DNA of 64,000 bases from Isoptericola halotolerans (GTDB taxonomy: Bacteria > Actinomycetota > Actinomycetes > Actinomycetales > Cellulomonadaceae), in assembly GCF_013149785.1 (NCBI RefSeq), contig NZ_JABEZU010000001.1, positions 496,001-560,000 on the forward strand, given 5' to 3'. A program made the position numbers and the translations under genes. Below, piece after piece: positions 28,635 through 37,459 of this stretch (position 1 is its first letter; every line of letters begins with the position of its first letter). The notes under the pieces were generated by a model that ran no database searches, was not told the DNA's origin, and saw only the letters and a list, made by a program, of their open reading frames with translations.

Positions 28635-29663
28635 ATGAGGCGGAGAACAGCGGACGACGACGCGCTGCCGCCCGACGACGGCTGGCCCGTCCCCGCACCT
28701 CAGGGCGGCTTTCCCTTCGCGCCGGTCGGCGGTGGCGGAGCTGCCCCGGCGAGCCCCTGGGAGAGTCCACCGCCCTTCCCCGGCGGCCCCCCGACCGGCC
28801 CCGCCGGCCACGGTGACCACGGTGACCACGCCGAGCCGGCCGAACCGGCGGCGGGCGCCCTGCCCTGGGCGAGCGCCGTCCCGACCGACGTCCCGGCGCT
28901 CGACGACGTCTTCGGTGGGTCGGCCGACAGTGCGGCGAGCCCGGAGGGTGCGGACGCCCGGCCCACGGCCTCCGGCCGGGGCCGGCGCAAGGGAACGAAG
29001 AAGCGCAAGAGCTCGGGCAGGCGCAGCGCCGAACCGGCCTCGCCCCCGAGCCCGAGCCCGAGCTCGCGGACCTCACGGCGGCGGAAGGGCGACGACGAGG
29101 TCGCCGTCAGGGAGAGCGGCACCGTCCGTGTGCTGACCGACCGGGCACGGACGGCAGTCACCTCCGCGATGCGCGGGAGGCGAGCGACCGGGCTCTTCGC
29201 GCGTCGCGCCACCCTGTTCGTCGCCGGAGGGCTGGCCCTCGTCGCGGGGGTGGGCGCGGGCGCCGCGGCGGACCTGCTCGGTCGCGACGCCGAGGCGAGC
29301 ACCGACGCCGCGACCGCCGCCGTCGTCGAGGTCACCCCCGAGGTGTGCGCCGCGGCGCAGGTCGCCTGGTCCCGCGCGGCGTCCGCCCAGGTGCGCATGG
29401 ACGTCGAGTCGCCCCGGTCGTTGCGCACCGGCTTCGTCGGCGCCCGCGACGCGCTGAGCAAGGTGGACCCGCCCGGCGCCGTCATCACGGACTGGGCCAC
29501 GGTGCTCACCTATGTCACCACCGCGGCGGACGCGACGCAGGACGTGGAGGACGACGAGGTGGAGGATGCCGTGGCCGGTGCCCTCGCCGAGCTCGACACC
29601 GACAAGATGACCGCCGCGTCCCAGCGCATCACCGAGTACCTCGGCGGCGACTGCGCGCCCTGA
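28635..29663 (+). CDS. Hypothetical single-pass membrane protein (Pro-rich N-terminus, two-Cys helical C-terminal domain)
   Basis: TAGCCT 8 nt before the ATG; one hydrophobic segment; C-terminal domain paralogous to the next gene. Confidence 0.65.
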   Translation: MRRRTADDDALPPDDGWPVPAPQGGFPFAPVGGGGAAPASPWESPPPFPGGPPTGPAGHGDHGDHAEPAEPAAGALPWASAVPTDVPALDDVFGGSADSAASPEGADARPTASGRGRRKGTKKRKSSGRRSAEPASPPSPSPSSRTSRRRKGDDEVAVRESGTVRVLTDRARTAVTSAMRGRRATGLFARRATLFVAGGLALVAGVGAGAAADLLGRDAEASTDAATAAVVEVTPEVCAAAQVAWSRAASAQVRMDVESPRSLRTGFVGARDALSKVDPPGAVITDWATVLTYVTTAADATQDVEDDEVEDAVAGALAELDTDKMTAASQRITEYLGGDCAP

Positions 29664-29755
29664 CTCGTCCGTCTCGTCCGGTCTGCCGCGTGAGACGTCT
29701 CACGAGGCAGACGCTCGATTTCCCGACCTCGACGGATCTGGGTCACCATGGTGGG

Positions 29756-30283
29756 ATGCTGTCCCTCCGTCTGCGCACCCGTCGTGCCGTCGCCGCCCTC
29801 GTGGTGACGCTCGCGGTCGGGACGACCCTTGGTGCCTGCAGCTCCTCCGAGGGGCCCTCCTCGGCCGCCCCCGAACCTGCTCCGGCGGTCTCGGTGGACT
29901 CCGGGCTCGCGATGAGCAACGAGGGCGACCCCGCGCCGTCGTCGACCCTCAGCGAGGAGTGCGCCGAGCTCCAGGAGGCGTGGGCCGCGACGAACCGGGC
30001 GCTGGCCGGGATCGACGAGGAGCACCCGCGACTGCTGGTCGCCGGTTTCCGGGAGGCGTACCGCTCCATCACGTCGGTCGAGGACACCGAGGACGTGCCG
30101 GGCTGGGACGGGATGACCACCTATCTCGACAAGGCCGTCGGCGCGTTCGAGGACATCGACACCGACGACGCGCAGGCGGTCGCCTCGGCGGTGACGCTGG
30201 CCCTCTCCGACGTCGACACGGCACGCGCCACGACCGCGCACGGGTCGGTGACCGAGTACCTCGACGCGGGCTGCCGCCGGTGA
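29756..30283 (+). CDS. Hypothetical lipoprotein with two-Cys helical domain
   Basis: Basic N-terminus, hydrophobic stretch and lipobox LGAC; stop overlaps the methyltransferase start. Confidence 0.72.
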   Translation: MLSLRLRTRRAVAALVVTLAVGTTLGACSSSEGPSSAAPEPAPAVSVDSGLAMSNEGDPAPSSTLSEECAELQEAWAATNRALAGIDEEHPRLLVAGFREAYRSITSVEDTEDVPGWDGMTTYLDKAVGAFEDIDTDDAQAVASAVTLALSDVDTARATTAHGSVTEYLDAGCRR

Positions 30284-31863
30284 CCTCACCCCCTCCGCCG
30301 GCCGCCACCGGTCCGGCCGTCGCCGCCCTGCGCGCCGCCCTGGAGACGACCGGGTTCACCGTCGACGGTGTCGAGGAGCTCCTGGGCGAGACGGCCTCCG
30401 GCGCGCTGCACCGCGAGCAGACCCTGCCCGCGCGCCGGGCGGCGGCCGGCAGCGACGACCCCCGGGCCACGCTCGCCGCACTGTTCCTGCTGGGGGTCGA
30501 CGTCGCTCGTGCGGCGTTGGACAGGGCCCTCCCCGGCGTCGGGGCCGACGGCGCCGTCGGTCTCGGCCTCGTCGAGACGGCGGGACAGGGCAGCGACGAC
30601 CCGGTGCGCGCCGTCGTCGACCTGCGGCCGTACGCCGCCACGGACGCGAACGGCCCGGTCTCCTGGTGGCTGACCAGCGACCTCGGTGAGACGGCCACCG
30701 GGCGTCGCCTGGCGGTCGACCACGTGCTCGGCGCCGGCGGGGCGTCGACCACGCTCGCGCAGGTGACCGTCCGTGACCAGGTCGGACGGGTGCTCGACCT
30801 CGGCACCGGCTGCGGCATCCAGGCGTTGCACGCGGCGAGGCACGCCGGGTCCGTCGTGGGGACGGACATCTCTCGACGCGCCCTCGCGTTCGCCCGGTTC
30901 AACACCGTGCTGAACGTGCCTGACGCCGACCTGACGCTGCGGCACGGCTCGATGCTGGAGCCGGTCGCGGACGAACGCTTCGACCTGGTGGTCTCCAACC
31001 CGCCGTTCGTCATCACGCCGCACGCGGGGGAGCCCGGCGCCGCCGTGACGGAGGCGCTCGGCGAGTTCGAGTACCGCGACGGCGGCCGGTCCGGCGACGA
31101 TCTCGTGCGTGACCTCGTCACCGGCGTCGGATCCGTCCTCGCCCCGGGCGGGGTGGCGCAGATGCTCGTCAACTGGGAGCACCGGCGCGGCGAGCCGTGG
31201 ACCGAGCGTGTCGGGGCGTGGCTGGACGCCTCCGGCCTGGACGGCTGGGTGATCGAGCGCGAGCTCCTCGACCCGGCCGAGTACGCCGAGACCTGGATCC
31301 GCGACGGCGGCACCACGCCCGAGCGGGAGCCCGCCGCCTGGGCGTCGGCGTACGGCGCCTGGCTGGACGACTTCGCCTCCCGCGACGTCGAGGCGGTCGG
31401 CTTCGGCATCGTCACCCTGCGCCGTCCGTCCGACGTCGGCACCACCGCCGGACGCGTGACGTTGCGGCGGCTGGAGGAGCACCACGGTTCCCTCCGGCAG
31501 CCGCTCGGCGGTCACCTCGCGGCCTCGTTGGCCGCGCACGACTGGCTGGAGGCGCACGACGACGACGCGCTGTCCTCCGCCCGGCTCCTCGTGTCGGCGG
31601 ACGTCACCGAGGAGCGCTACCTGACGCCCGGGGCCGCCGACCCGAACGTGGTGATCGTGCGCCAGGGGGACGGACTGGGGCGAGGGATCCAGGCCTCGAC
31701 GGCCCTGGCCGCGTTCGTCGGGGTGTGCGACGGCGAGCTCACCGTGGGCCAGACGGTCGGCGCGCTGGCGGCACTCCTGGACGTGCCGCCGTCGGACCTC
31801 GCGGGCGAGCTGCTGCCCGCGGTGCGCGGTCTGGTCCGCGACGGGTTCCTCGGCCCCGCCTGA
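30280..31863 (+). CDS. Class I SAM-dependent methyltransferase (NPPF type, conserved actinobacterial family)
   Basis: VLDLGTGCGIQ, TDIS, FDLVVSNPPF, YRDGG. Confidence 0.88.
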   Translation: MTSPPPPAATGPAVAALRAALETTGFTVDGVEELLGETASGALHREQTLPARRAAAGSDDPRATLAALFLLGVDVARAALDRALPGVGADGAVGLGLVETAGQGSDDPVRAVVDLRPYAATDANGPVSWWLTSDLGETATGRRLAVDHVLGAGGASTTLAQVTVRDQVGRVLDLGTGCGIQALHAARHAGSVVGTDISRRALAFARFNTVLNVPDADLTLRHGSMLEPVADERFDLVVSNPPFVITPHAGEPGAAVTEALGEFEYRDGGRSGDDLVRDLVTGVGSVLAPGGVAQMLVNWEHRRGEPWTERVGAWLDASGLDGWVIERELLDPAEYAETWIRDGGTTPEREPAAWASAYGAWLDDFASRDVEAVGFGIVTLRRPSDVGTTAGRVTLRRLEEHHGSLRQPLGGHLAASLAAHDWLEAHDDDALSSARLLVSADVTEERYLTPGAADPNVVIVRQGDGLGRGIQASTALAAFVGVCDGELTVGQTVGALAALLDVPPSDLAGELLPAVRGLVRDGFLGPA

Positions 31864-31866
31864 CCG

Positions 31867-32625
31867 TCACTGCCCCAGGTAGGGGTCCGCCCAGGCGCTG
31901 ACGATCCGCGCGGCGCGCCGCGCCTGGCCAGGGCGGGTCAGCAGATGGTCTGAGCCTTCCAGCGACACGAAGCTGCGCGGGTGCCGTGCAGCGCGGAAGA
32001 TCTCGCTGGCGTTGTCGATCCCCACGGTGTTGTCGGTGGGGGAGTGCATCACCAGCAGCGGCAGGCCCAGCTCGGGGATGCGGTGCGCGAGGTCGGCGGC
32101 CCGGACGTCCTCGACCATGCCGCGCTTGAGGTTCAGGCGCTTGCCGCCGACCTGCCACACCGCGTTGCCCTCCTCCAGCACCTGGTCGACCAGGCCGTCG
32201 TAGTGGTGCTCGGCGTGGCTGGGGTCGAAGGGTGCGCAGGCCGTGGCGACCGCGCGGGCGGTGGGGATCTCGGGGGCGGCGGCGATCGCGGCCGCCCCAC
32301 CCCAGGAGTGCCCGGCCACGAGCTCGACCGGGGTGCCGCGCTCGGCCATGAGCGCGGCGGCCAGGACCGTGTCGGCCACCTTCACGGTGAAGGACCCGTC
32401 GCCCCAGTCGCCCTCGGAGTCGCCGAGCCCCAGGTTGTCGTACCGCAGCATGCCGATGCCCTCCGCGGCGAGCTGCTTGCACAGGCGGGAGGCGGCCGGG
32501 GAGTCCTTGCCGAGCGTGAAACCGTGGACGAACAACCCCCACCCCCGCACCTCGCCCTCGGGCTCGTCGATGATGCCGGCGAGCCGTGGTCCGGTGCTGG
32601 ACGCGAACGTCACCCGTTCTGCCAT
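31867..32625 (-). CDS. Alpha/beta hydrolase
   Basis: HGFTLGKD, GLGDSEG, GHSWGG, HSPTD, DHLL. Confidence 0.87.
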   Translation of the reverse strand: MAERVTFASSTGPRLAGIIDEPEGEVRGWGLFVHGFTLGKDSPAASRLCKQLAAEGIGMLRYDNLGLGDSEGDWGDGSFTVKVADTVLAAALMAERGTPVELVAGHSWGGAAAIAAAPEIPTARAVATACAPFDPSHAEHHYDGLVDQVLEEGNAVWQVGGKRLNLKRGMVEDVRAADLAHRIPELGLPLLVMHSPTDNTVGIDNASEIFRAARHPRSFVSLEGSDHLLTRPGQARRAARIVSAWADPYLGQ

Positions 32626-32721
32626 CGTGGTCCCTCTCTCGGTACTGCTCGTCGTGGTCCCGTGGTCCGGTGTGACCGACGGGGCATCCCACCGATGCTC
32701 TGGGGGAGATATCTTCTCGGT

Positions 32722-33675
32722 ATGGAGATCGACCTCCGGCACTTGCGGCTGGTGTCCGTCGTCGCCGACCAGGGCAGCGTCACGAAGGCGTCCGCCGCCC
32801 TCGGCATGGCCCAGCCCGCGTTGTCCGCACAGCTCAACCGTATCGACCAGGCTCTCGGCGGCCCGGTCTTCGTCCGTGACCGGCACGGCGCGCGCCCCAC
32901 CCCGTTGGGCGAGCTCGTGCTGCGTCACGCGCGCGTGCTGCTGCCCGCGATGGAGGCCTTCCACGACGACGTGCGCCGGCACGTCCTGGACCGTCCCGAC
33001 GTCGCGACGTCGTTGCGCGTCGGGACGGTGGCGACGGTCCTGGGGGGCATCTTCCTCAGCCGGCTGCGGGCGGACCTCGCCGGCGTGAACGTCACGTCGT
33101 TCACGTCGTGGTCCGCCGACGCGGTGGCGTTGCGGCTGGCCGACGGCACGCTCGACATCGCCCTCGTGGGCGCGTGCGGCGACGCCGTCCTGCCGACCGA
33201 GGGCGGGGTCGAGTGGACCCAGGTGCGGACCGACCCCGTCTTCGTGCTGGTGCCCGAGCGCCATCGGTTCGCCGATGCCGACGAGGTGCCGCTCGGGGAG
33301 CTCGCGAGGGAGAACTGGCTCTCCGCGCCGGGTGACGGCTGCTTCGAACGGTGCTTCGTCGCGGCGTGCGCTCACGCAGGGTTCACGCCGCGCGAGGTCA
33401 GCGAGACCGAACGGGCCTCCGCGGTCGAGCAGGTCCGGGAGGGGCACGCCATCGCGCTCGTCCAGCCGCTGCTGCTCGACCACCCCGGGGTGCGTGCCGT
33501 CCCGTTGCAGGCGGAGCCGCTGCGCTGGACGCAGTACGTGGGGTGGCGCGGCGATGCGGGCGAGCGCTTCGACGTCGACCTCGTCCGCGCGGCGGCCGTC
33601 TACTCCCACGCCGAGGCCGTGCGGCGGTCGCCCGCCTACGAGCGCTACGTGGTCGCGCAGGGGTCCGCGCGGTAG
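32722..33675 (+). CDS. LysR family transcriptional regulator
   Basis: IDLRHLR...GSVTKAS..LGMAQPALSAQL.RID HTH; divergent from the hydrolase. Confidence 0.9.
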   Translation: MEIDLRHLRLVSVVADQGSVTKASAALGMAQPALSAQLNRIDQALGGPVFVRDRHGARPTPLGELVLRHARVLLPAMEAFHDDVRRHVLDRPDVATSLRVGTVATVLGGIFLSRLRADLAGVNVTSFTSWSADAVALRLADGTLDIALVGACGDAVLPTEGGVEWTQVRTDPVFVLVPERHRFADADEVPLGELARENWLSAPGDGCFERCFVAACAHAGFTPREVSETERASAVEQVREGHAIALVQPLLLDHPGVRAVPLQAEPLRWTQYVGWRGDAGERFDVDLVRAAAVYSHAEAVRRSPAYERYVVAQGSAR

Positions 33676-33762
33676 GCGCCCCGGGCTCCTTGCCGGGTCC
33701 GCGGTGCCGGGCGGGCGGATCGTCCCTTTCGTTCCGTCCGGGCGCACGCTACGGTTCCAGGG

Positions 33763-34665
33763 ATGACCCGTCGACGAGGAACCGCGTCCCCGGTGCGCCA
33801 GCTCGCCGCGCTCCTGGCGACCTTCACCCTCGGTCTGGGCCTGGTGGTGGTGGCGGCCGAGGTGGCTCCGGGATCGTTGCGCATCGCGAGCTACCTGCCG
33901 GACGGGGCGGCACCGGGATCTCCGACGGCCACGAGCGAGGAGCCCGTCGAGCCAGGCGCTCGAGCCGCGGCAGGCGAGAGCGCCGCGCGGGGCGCGCCGG
34001 AACGGGCCGGCGGGAGGTCCGGTGATGTGGGGGGCGAGGACCCGCAGGACGCCGGTGCCGACGCCTCTGCCGAGCCTGACGACGCCGAGAGCCCGGACGC
34101 CTCTGCCGAGCCTGACGTCTCGGAGAGCGCGGAGAGCCCGGACGCCTCCGCCGAGCCCGACGTCTCGCAGAGCCCGGACGCCCCCGCCGAGCCCGACGTC
34201 TCGGAGAGCCCGGATGTCCCGGAGACCGTGGAGCGCCCTGACGGCCCGGCCCCGTCCGCCGCCGCGGCCGCGCCGTCGTCGTCCCCCGACGGGACGGACT
34301 CGGCGCTGGTGCTCGAGCTCGTCAACGCTGAGCGAGCGGCTGTCGGTTGCGGCGCGCTGCGGGCGGACGCGGGGCTGGACGACCTGGCGCTGAGGCACTC
34401 CGAGGACATGGCGGCCCGGGGCTACTTCGCCCACACGACGCCCGACGGGCTGACACCGTGGGACCGGGCGGCGGCGGCGGGGGTGCAGGGCGCGGCTGCC
34501 GAGAACATCGCGCGTGGTCAGCAAGATGCCGCAGAGGTGGTCAGGGCGTGGATGGACAGTCCTGGCCACCGGGCCAACATCGTGAACTGCGAGCTGACGC
34601 GCCACGGGCTCGGCGCGCACCGCGCCGACGGGGGGCCGTGGTGGACGCAGGTGTTCGGGCGCTGA
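33763..34665 (+). CDS. CAP/SCP domain protein with repetitive acidic linker
   Basis: N-terminal TM; LVNAER, HSEDM, YFAH, AENIARG, WMDSPGHRANI, WWTQVFG. Confidence 0.88.
   Translation: MTRRRGTASPVRQLAALLATFTLGLGLVVVAAEVAPGSLRIASYLPDGAAPGSPTATSEEPVEPGARAAAGESAARGAPERAGGRSGDVGGEDPQDAGADASAEPDDAESPDASAEPDVSESAESPDASAEPDVSQSPDAPAEPDVSESPDVPETVERPDGPAPSAAAAAPSSSPDGTDSALVLELVNAERAAVGCGALRADAGLDDLALRHSEDMAARGYFAHTTPDGLTPWDRAAAAGVQGAAAENIARGQQDAAEVVRAWMDSPGHRANIVNCELTRHGLGAHRADGGPWWTQVFGR
34060..34215 (+). repeat. Four tandem coding repeats of about 36 nt (DASAEPDVSESP)
   Basis: gacgcctctgccgagcctgac...gagcccg recurs four times, one copy with a 9-nt insertion. Confidence 0.8.
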
Positions 34666-34689
34666 AGGGTCGCGCGCCCTCGGTGGCCG

Positions 34690-36102
34690 TCAGCCGATGA
34701 TCACCGCGGACTCCGGGCGGCGGTAGAGCTTCTGCCGCTGCCGCAGTGCCAGCCCGGTCCCGAGGGTGATCGGGCCGAGCCGGCCGAGGAACATGAGCAC
34801 GGCGAGCAGCACCTGGTGCCAACCTGCGAGCTCCGCGGTGATGCCCGTCGAGAGCCCGGTGGTGGTGAAGGCGGAGATCACCTCGAACAGCACCCGGTCG
34901 AGCGGGAGGACCGTCGGCGACACGGTGAGGGTGATCGCGAGCGTGGAGACGACGACGGCGGCCACCCCGACGAGAGCGACGGTGAGCGCCTGGCGCTGGG
35001 TGGCGCGGGCGAGGCGCCGGTCGAACACGGTGACGTCGGGGTCTCCGCGCAGCTCTGACCAGATGATGAACGCCAGGACGGCGAACGTGCCGACCTTCAC
35101 TCCTCCGGCGGTGCCGGCGCTGCCGCCACCGATGAACATCAGCATGTCGGTGAAGAACCAGGTGCCGTGGTTGAGCTCGGAGGTGTCGATCGAGTTGAAG
35201 CCGGCGGTGCGGGGCATCACCGACTGGGTGAACGCGGCGAGCACCTTGCCCGGGACGCTCAGCGGGCCGAAGGTCTGCGGGTTCGCCCACTCGACCACGA
35301 GGAAGAAGGCCGTGCCGACGGCCAGCAGCACCGCCGTCGCCCCCAGGGTCAGCCGCGTGTGGATGCTCCACCGCGAGGGGTCCCGCAGGGCGGATCGACG
35401 ACCGTCGCCGCGTCGTGATCGCGACAGGCGCCACAGCTCGAGCAGCACGGGGAACCCGATGCCGCCGATGATGACGGCCAGGCAGATGGGCAGGCAGACC
35501 CACGGGTCGCTGACGAACCGCATGAGGGAGTCGCCGTAGATCGAGAACCCGGCGTTGTTGAAGGCGGACAGCGAGTGGAACAGGCCCGACCACGCCGCGT
35601 GGCCGAGGCTCTCGCCGTACCCGACCACGAGGCGGACGGTGAGGACGACGGCGAGGACCAGCTCGGCGACCACGGTGAACCGCAGGGCTCCCAGCATCAC
35701 TCGTCTCACGTCGCCGAGGCCGACGGTGTGGGTGGCCTGCGCAGCCACCATGCGGGTGCTCAGGCCCAGGCGGCGGGACAGCAGGAGACCCAGCAGCGAG
35801 GCCACGGTCATCACGCCGAACCCGCCGATCTGGATCAGGACCAGGATCACGGCCTGCCCGAACGGCGACCAGAACGTCTCGGTGTCCACGACGACGAGCC
35901 CGGTGACGCACGCCGCCGACGTCGCGGTGAAGAACGCCTCGACGAGGCTCGCCCGTTCCCCGGTCGTGGAGACGGGGAGCAGGAGCAGGCCGGTGCCCAC
36001 CGCGATCGCGGCGAGGAAGCCGAGGGTCACGACCTGGGCCGGACGACGGCGCAGGCTGGCGGGGGAGGGGCCCGGATCGTGCGGCGAGCGCCGCGAGGGC
36101 AT
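34690..36102 (-). CDS. TrkH/KtrB potassium uptake membrane protein
   Basis: Four pore motifs CVTGL, FNNAGF, PRTAGF, FTTTGLS; MFIGGGSAGTAGGVK; GRLGP. Start approximate. Confidence 0.92.
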   Translation of the reverse strand: MPSRRSPHDPGPSPASLRRRPAQVVTLGFLAAIAVGTGLLLLPVSTTGERASLVEAFFTATSAACVTGLVVVDTETFWSPFGQAVILVLIQIGGFGVMTVASLLGLLLSRRLGLSTRMVAAQATHTVGLGDVRRVMLGALRFTVVAELVLAVVLTVRLVVGYGESLGHAAWSGLFHSLSAFNNAGFSIYGDSLMRFVSDPWVCLPICLAVIIGGIGFPVLLELWRLSRSRRGDGRRSALRDPSRWSIHTRLTLGATAVLLAVGTAFFLVVEWANPQTFGPLSVPGKVLAAFTQSVMPRTAGFNSIDTSELNHGTWFFTDMLMFIGGGSAGTAGGVKVGTFAVLAFIIWSELRGDPDVTVFDRRLARATQRQALTVALVGVAAVVVSTLAITLTVSPTVLPLDRVLFEVISAFTTTGLSTGITAELAGWHQVLLAVLMFLGRLGPITLGTGLALRQRQKLYRRPESAVIIG

Positions 36103-36236
36103 GTGCACGAGGAGCCAGTGTGGCACCACGGGACGGGTCGCGCACCGGGGTCGCCGTCGCCGGCGCAGATCCGCAGGGCTCGCGCCCTGACCGCACGGCG
36201 TGTCCACGAGCACACCGAACGGATACGGTGACCTGC

Positions 36237-37277
36237 GTGAACGGCGACACTCGGAAGTTCTCGGCGGCGGTCCCCCCAGCGGGTCCGCCGTCGATCCCGC
36301 CCGGCCGCGCCCCGGCAGCCGGGGTGCCGACTCCTGAGCGCGGGGTCACGCCGGTCGCGGCCGTGACGGCCCCACCACGGCCGCGGGTGCGCCCGGGGGC
36401 GCAGGCGGTCGCGGCCGTCGTGGCGGTGGTCGCCGTCGTCGCCTTCTGGGCGACCTACCGGTACTTCGTCACCACCGTGTCCGGGCAGACGCTCGACGAG
36501 CTGGCCTTCTTCGGCGCGAACTACGGGCAGGGCCGGCTCTGGCAGGTCGCGGAGCCGGTGCTCGACGTGGTCTCCGTCGCGTTCGTGGTGGGTGGCATCG
36601 GTGCGGCGATGGCGGTGGCCCTGGCCAGACGCCGGTGGGTCCTGGCGTTGCAGGTGGCCGTCCTCGTGGGTGGTGCGAACCTGACGACCCAGCTGCTCAA
36701 GCACCAGGTGCTCTCGCGCCCGGACCTCCTGCCGGGCTGGAACGGGGGGAACACCCTTCCCAGCGGGCACACGACCGTCGCGGCGAGCGTCTCGGTGGCG
36801 TTGCTGCTGGCCACACCACGGGCGTGGCGTCCGACCGTGGCCCTCCTCGGTGCCGTGTACACCGGAGCGACCGGGGTGTCGACCCTCATCGGTCAGTGGC
36901 ACCGGCCGTCCGACGTGGTCGCAGCGCTCTTCGTGGTCCTGGCCTGGGGCGCCCTGGTGTGCGCGATGACTCCCGCGAGCTCGCTCGACGTCGCCCCCCG
37001 TGGGCGGCGTCTGCCGTCCGGCCTGCCACGGCCGAACGCCTTCCACTCCCCGGGGTCCTCGGTCGTGGCGTGCCTGCTGCTGCTCGGTGGGGCCGTCGCG
37101 GGAGGCCTCGCGATGGTCGCGGCCCTGCGGATCCTGGAGGCGGACACCGTACCGATGGCGGACGACGTGACGGCCTACGCGGCCGGGGTGCTCGGGGTGC
37201 TGGCTGCCACCGCGGTGACGTTCGGGCTGCTGCTGCTGGTGCGCCAGGCGACGGCTCGTCCGCGCCAGGCGCCCTGA
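36237..37277 (+). CDS. PAP2-family membrane phosphatase
   Basis: K...RP, PSGH and WHRPSDV motifs; multiple TM helices; TACGGT 7 nt before the GTG. Confidence 0.85.
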   Translation: MNGDTRKFSAAVPPAGPPSIPPGRAPAAGVPTPERGVTPVAAVTAPPRPRVRPGAQAVAAVVAVVAVVAFWATYRYFVTTVSGQTLDELAFFGANYGQGRLWQVAEPVLDVVSVAFVVGGIGAAMAVALARRRWVLALQVAVLVGGANLTTQLLKHQVLSRPDLLPGWNGGNTLPSGHTTVAASVSVALLLATPRAWRPTVALLGAVYTGATGVSTLIGQWHRPSDVVAALFVVLAWGALVCAMTPASSLDVAPRGRRLPSGLPRPNAFHSPGSSVVACLLLLGGAVAGGLAMVAALRILEADTVPMADDVTAYAAGVLGVLAATAVTFGLLLLVRQATARPRQAP

Positions 37278-37375
37278 GCCACCCGGCACCCACAGCGGTC
37301 ATGGGGGAGCGCCGGGGCGGGTTGGCGAGCGGGCCGTGCGCGGTCACAGTTCGGTGACGAACAACGTCCGACTGC

Positions 37376-37419
37376 TTGATGCCAGAGCATCCATGCCTAT
37401 GCTGTGACCGTTCACAGCA
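37376..37419 (+). promoter_or_regulatory. Promoter (TTGATG-N16-TATGCT) overlapped by a LacI-type operator of the galactan cluster
   Basis: Palindrome TGCTGTGACCGTTCACAGCA at 37400-37419. Confidence 0.65.
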
Positions 37420-37459
37420 CCGAGCGCCATCGGCGGCGCGCAGGAGGATCCACCGCGAC

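Noticed and set aside
31867..34620. 917-aa minus-strand ORF, and similar long Arg/Pro/Gly-rich ORFs throughout the track
   Set aside because: Shadow frames of GC-rich genes; only the last 252 aa (the hydrolase) has protein-like motifs
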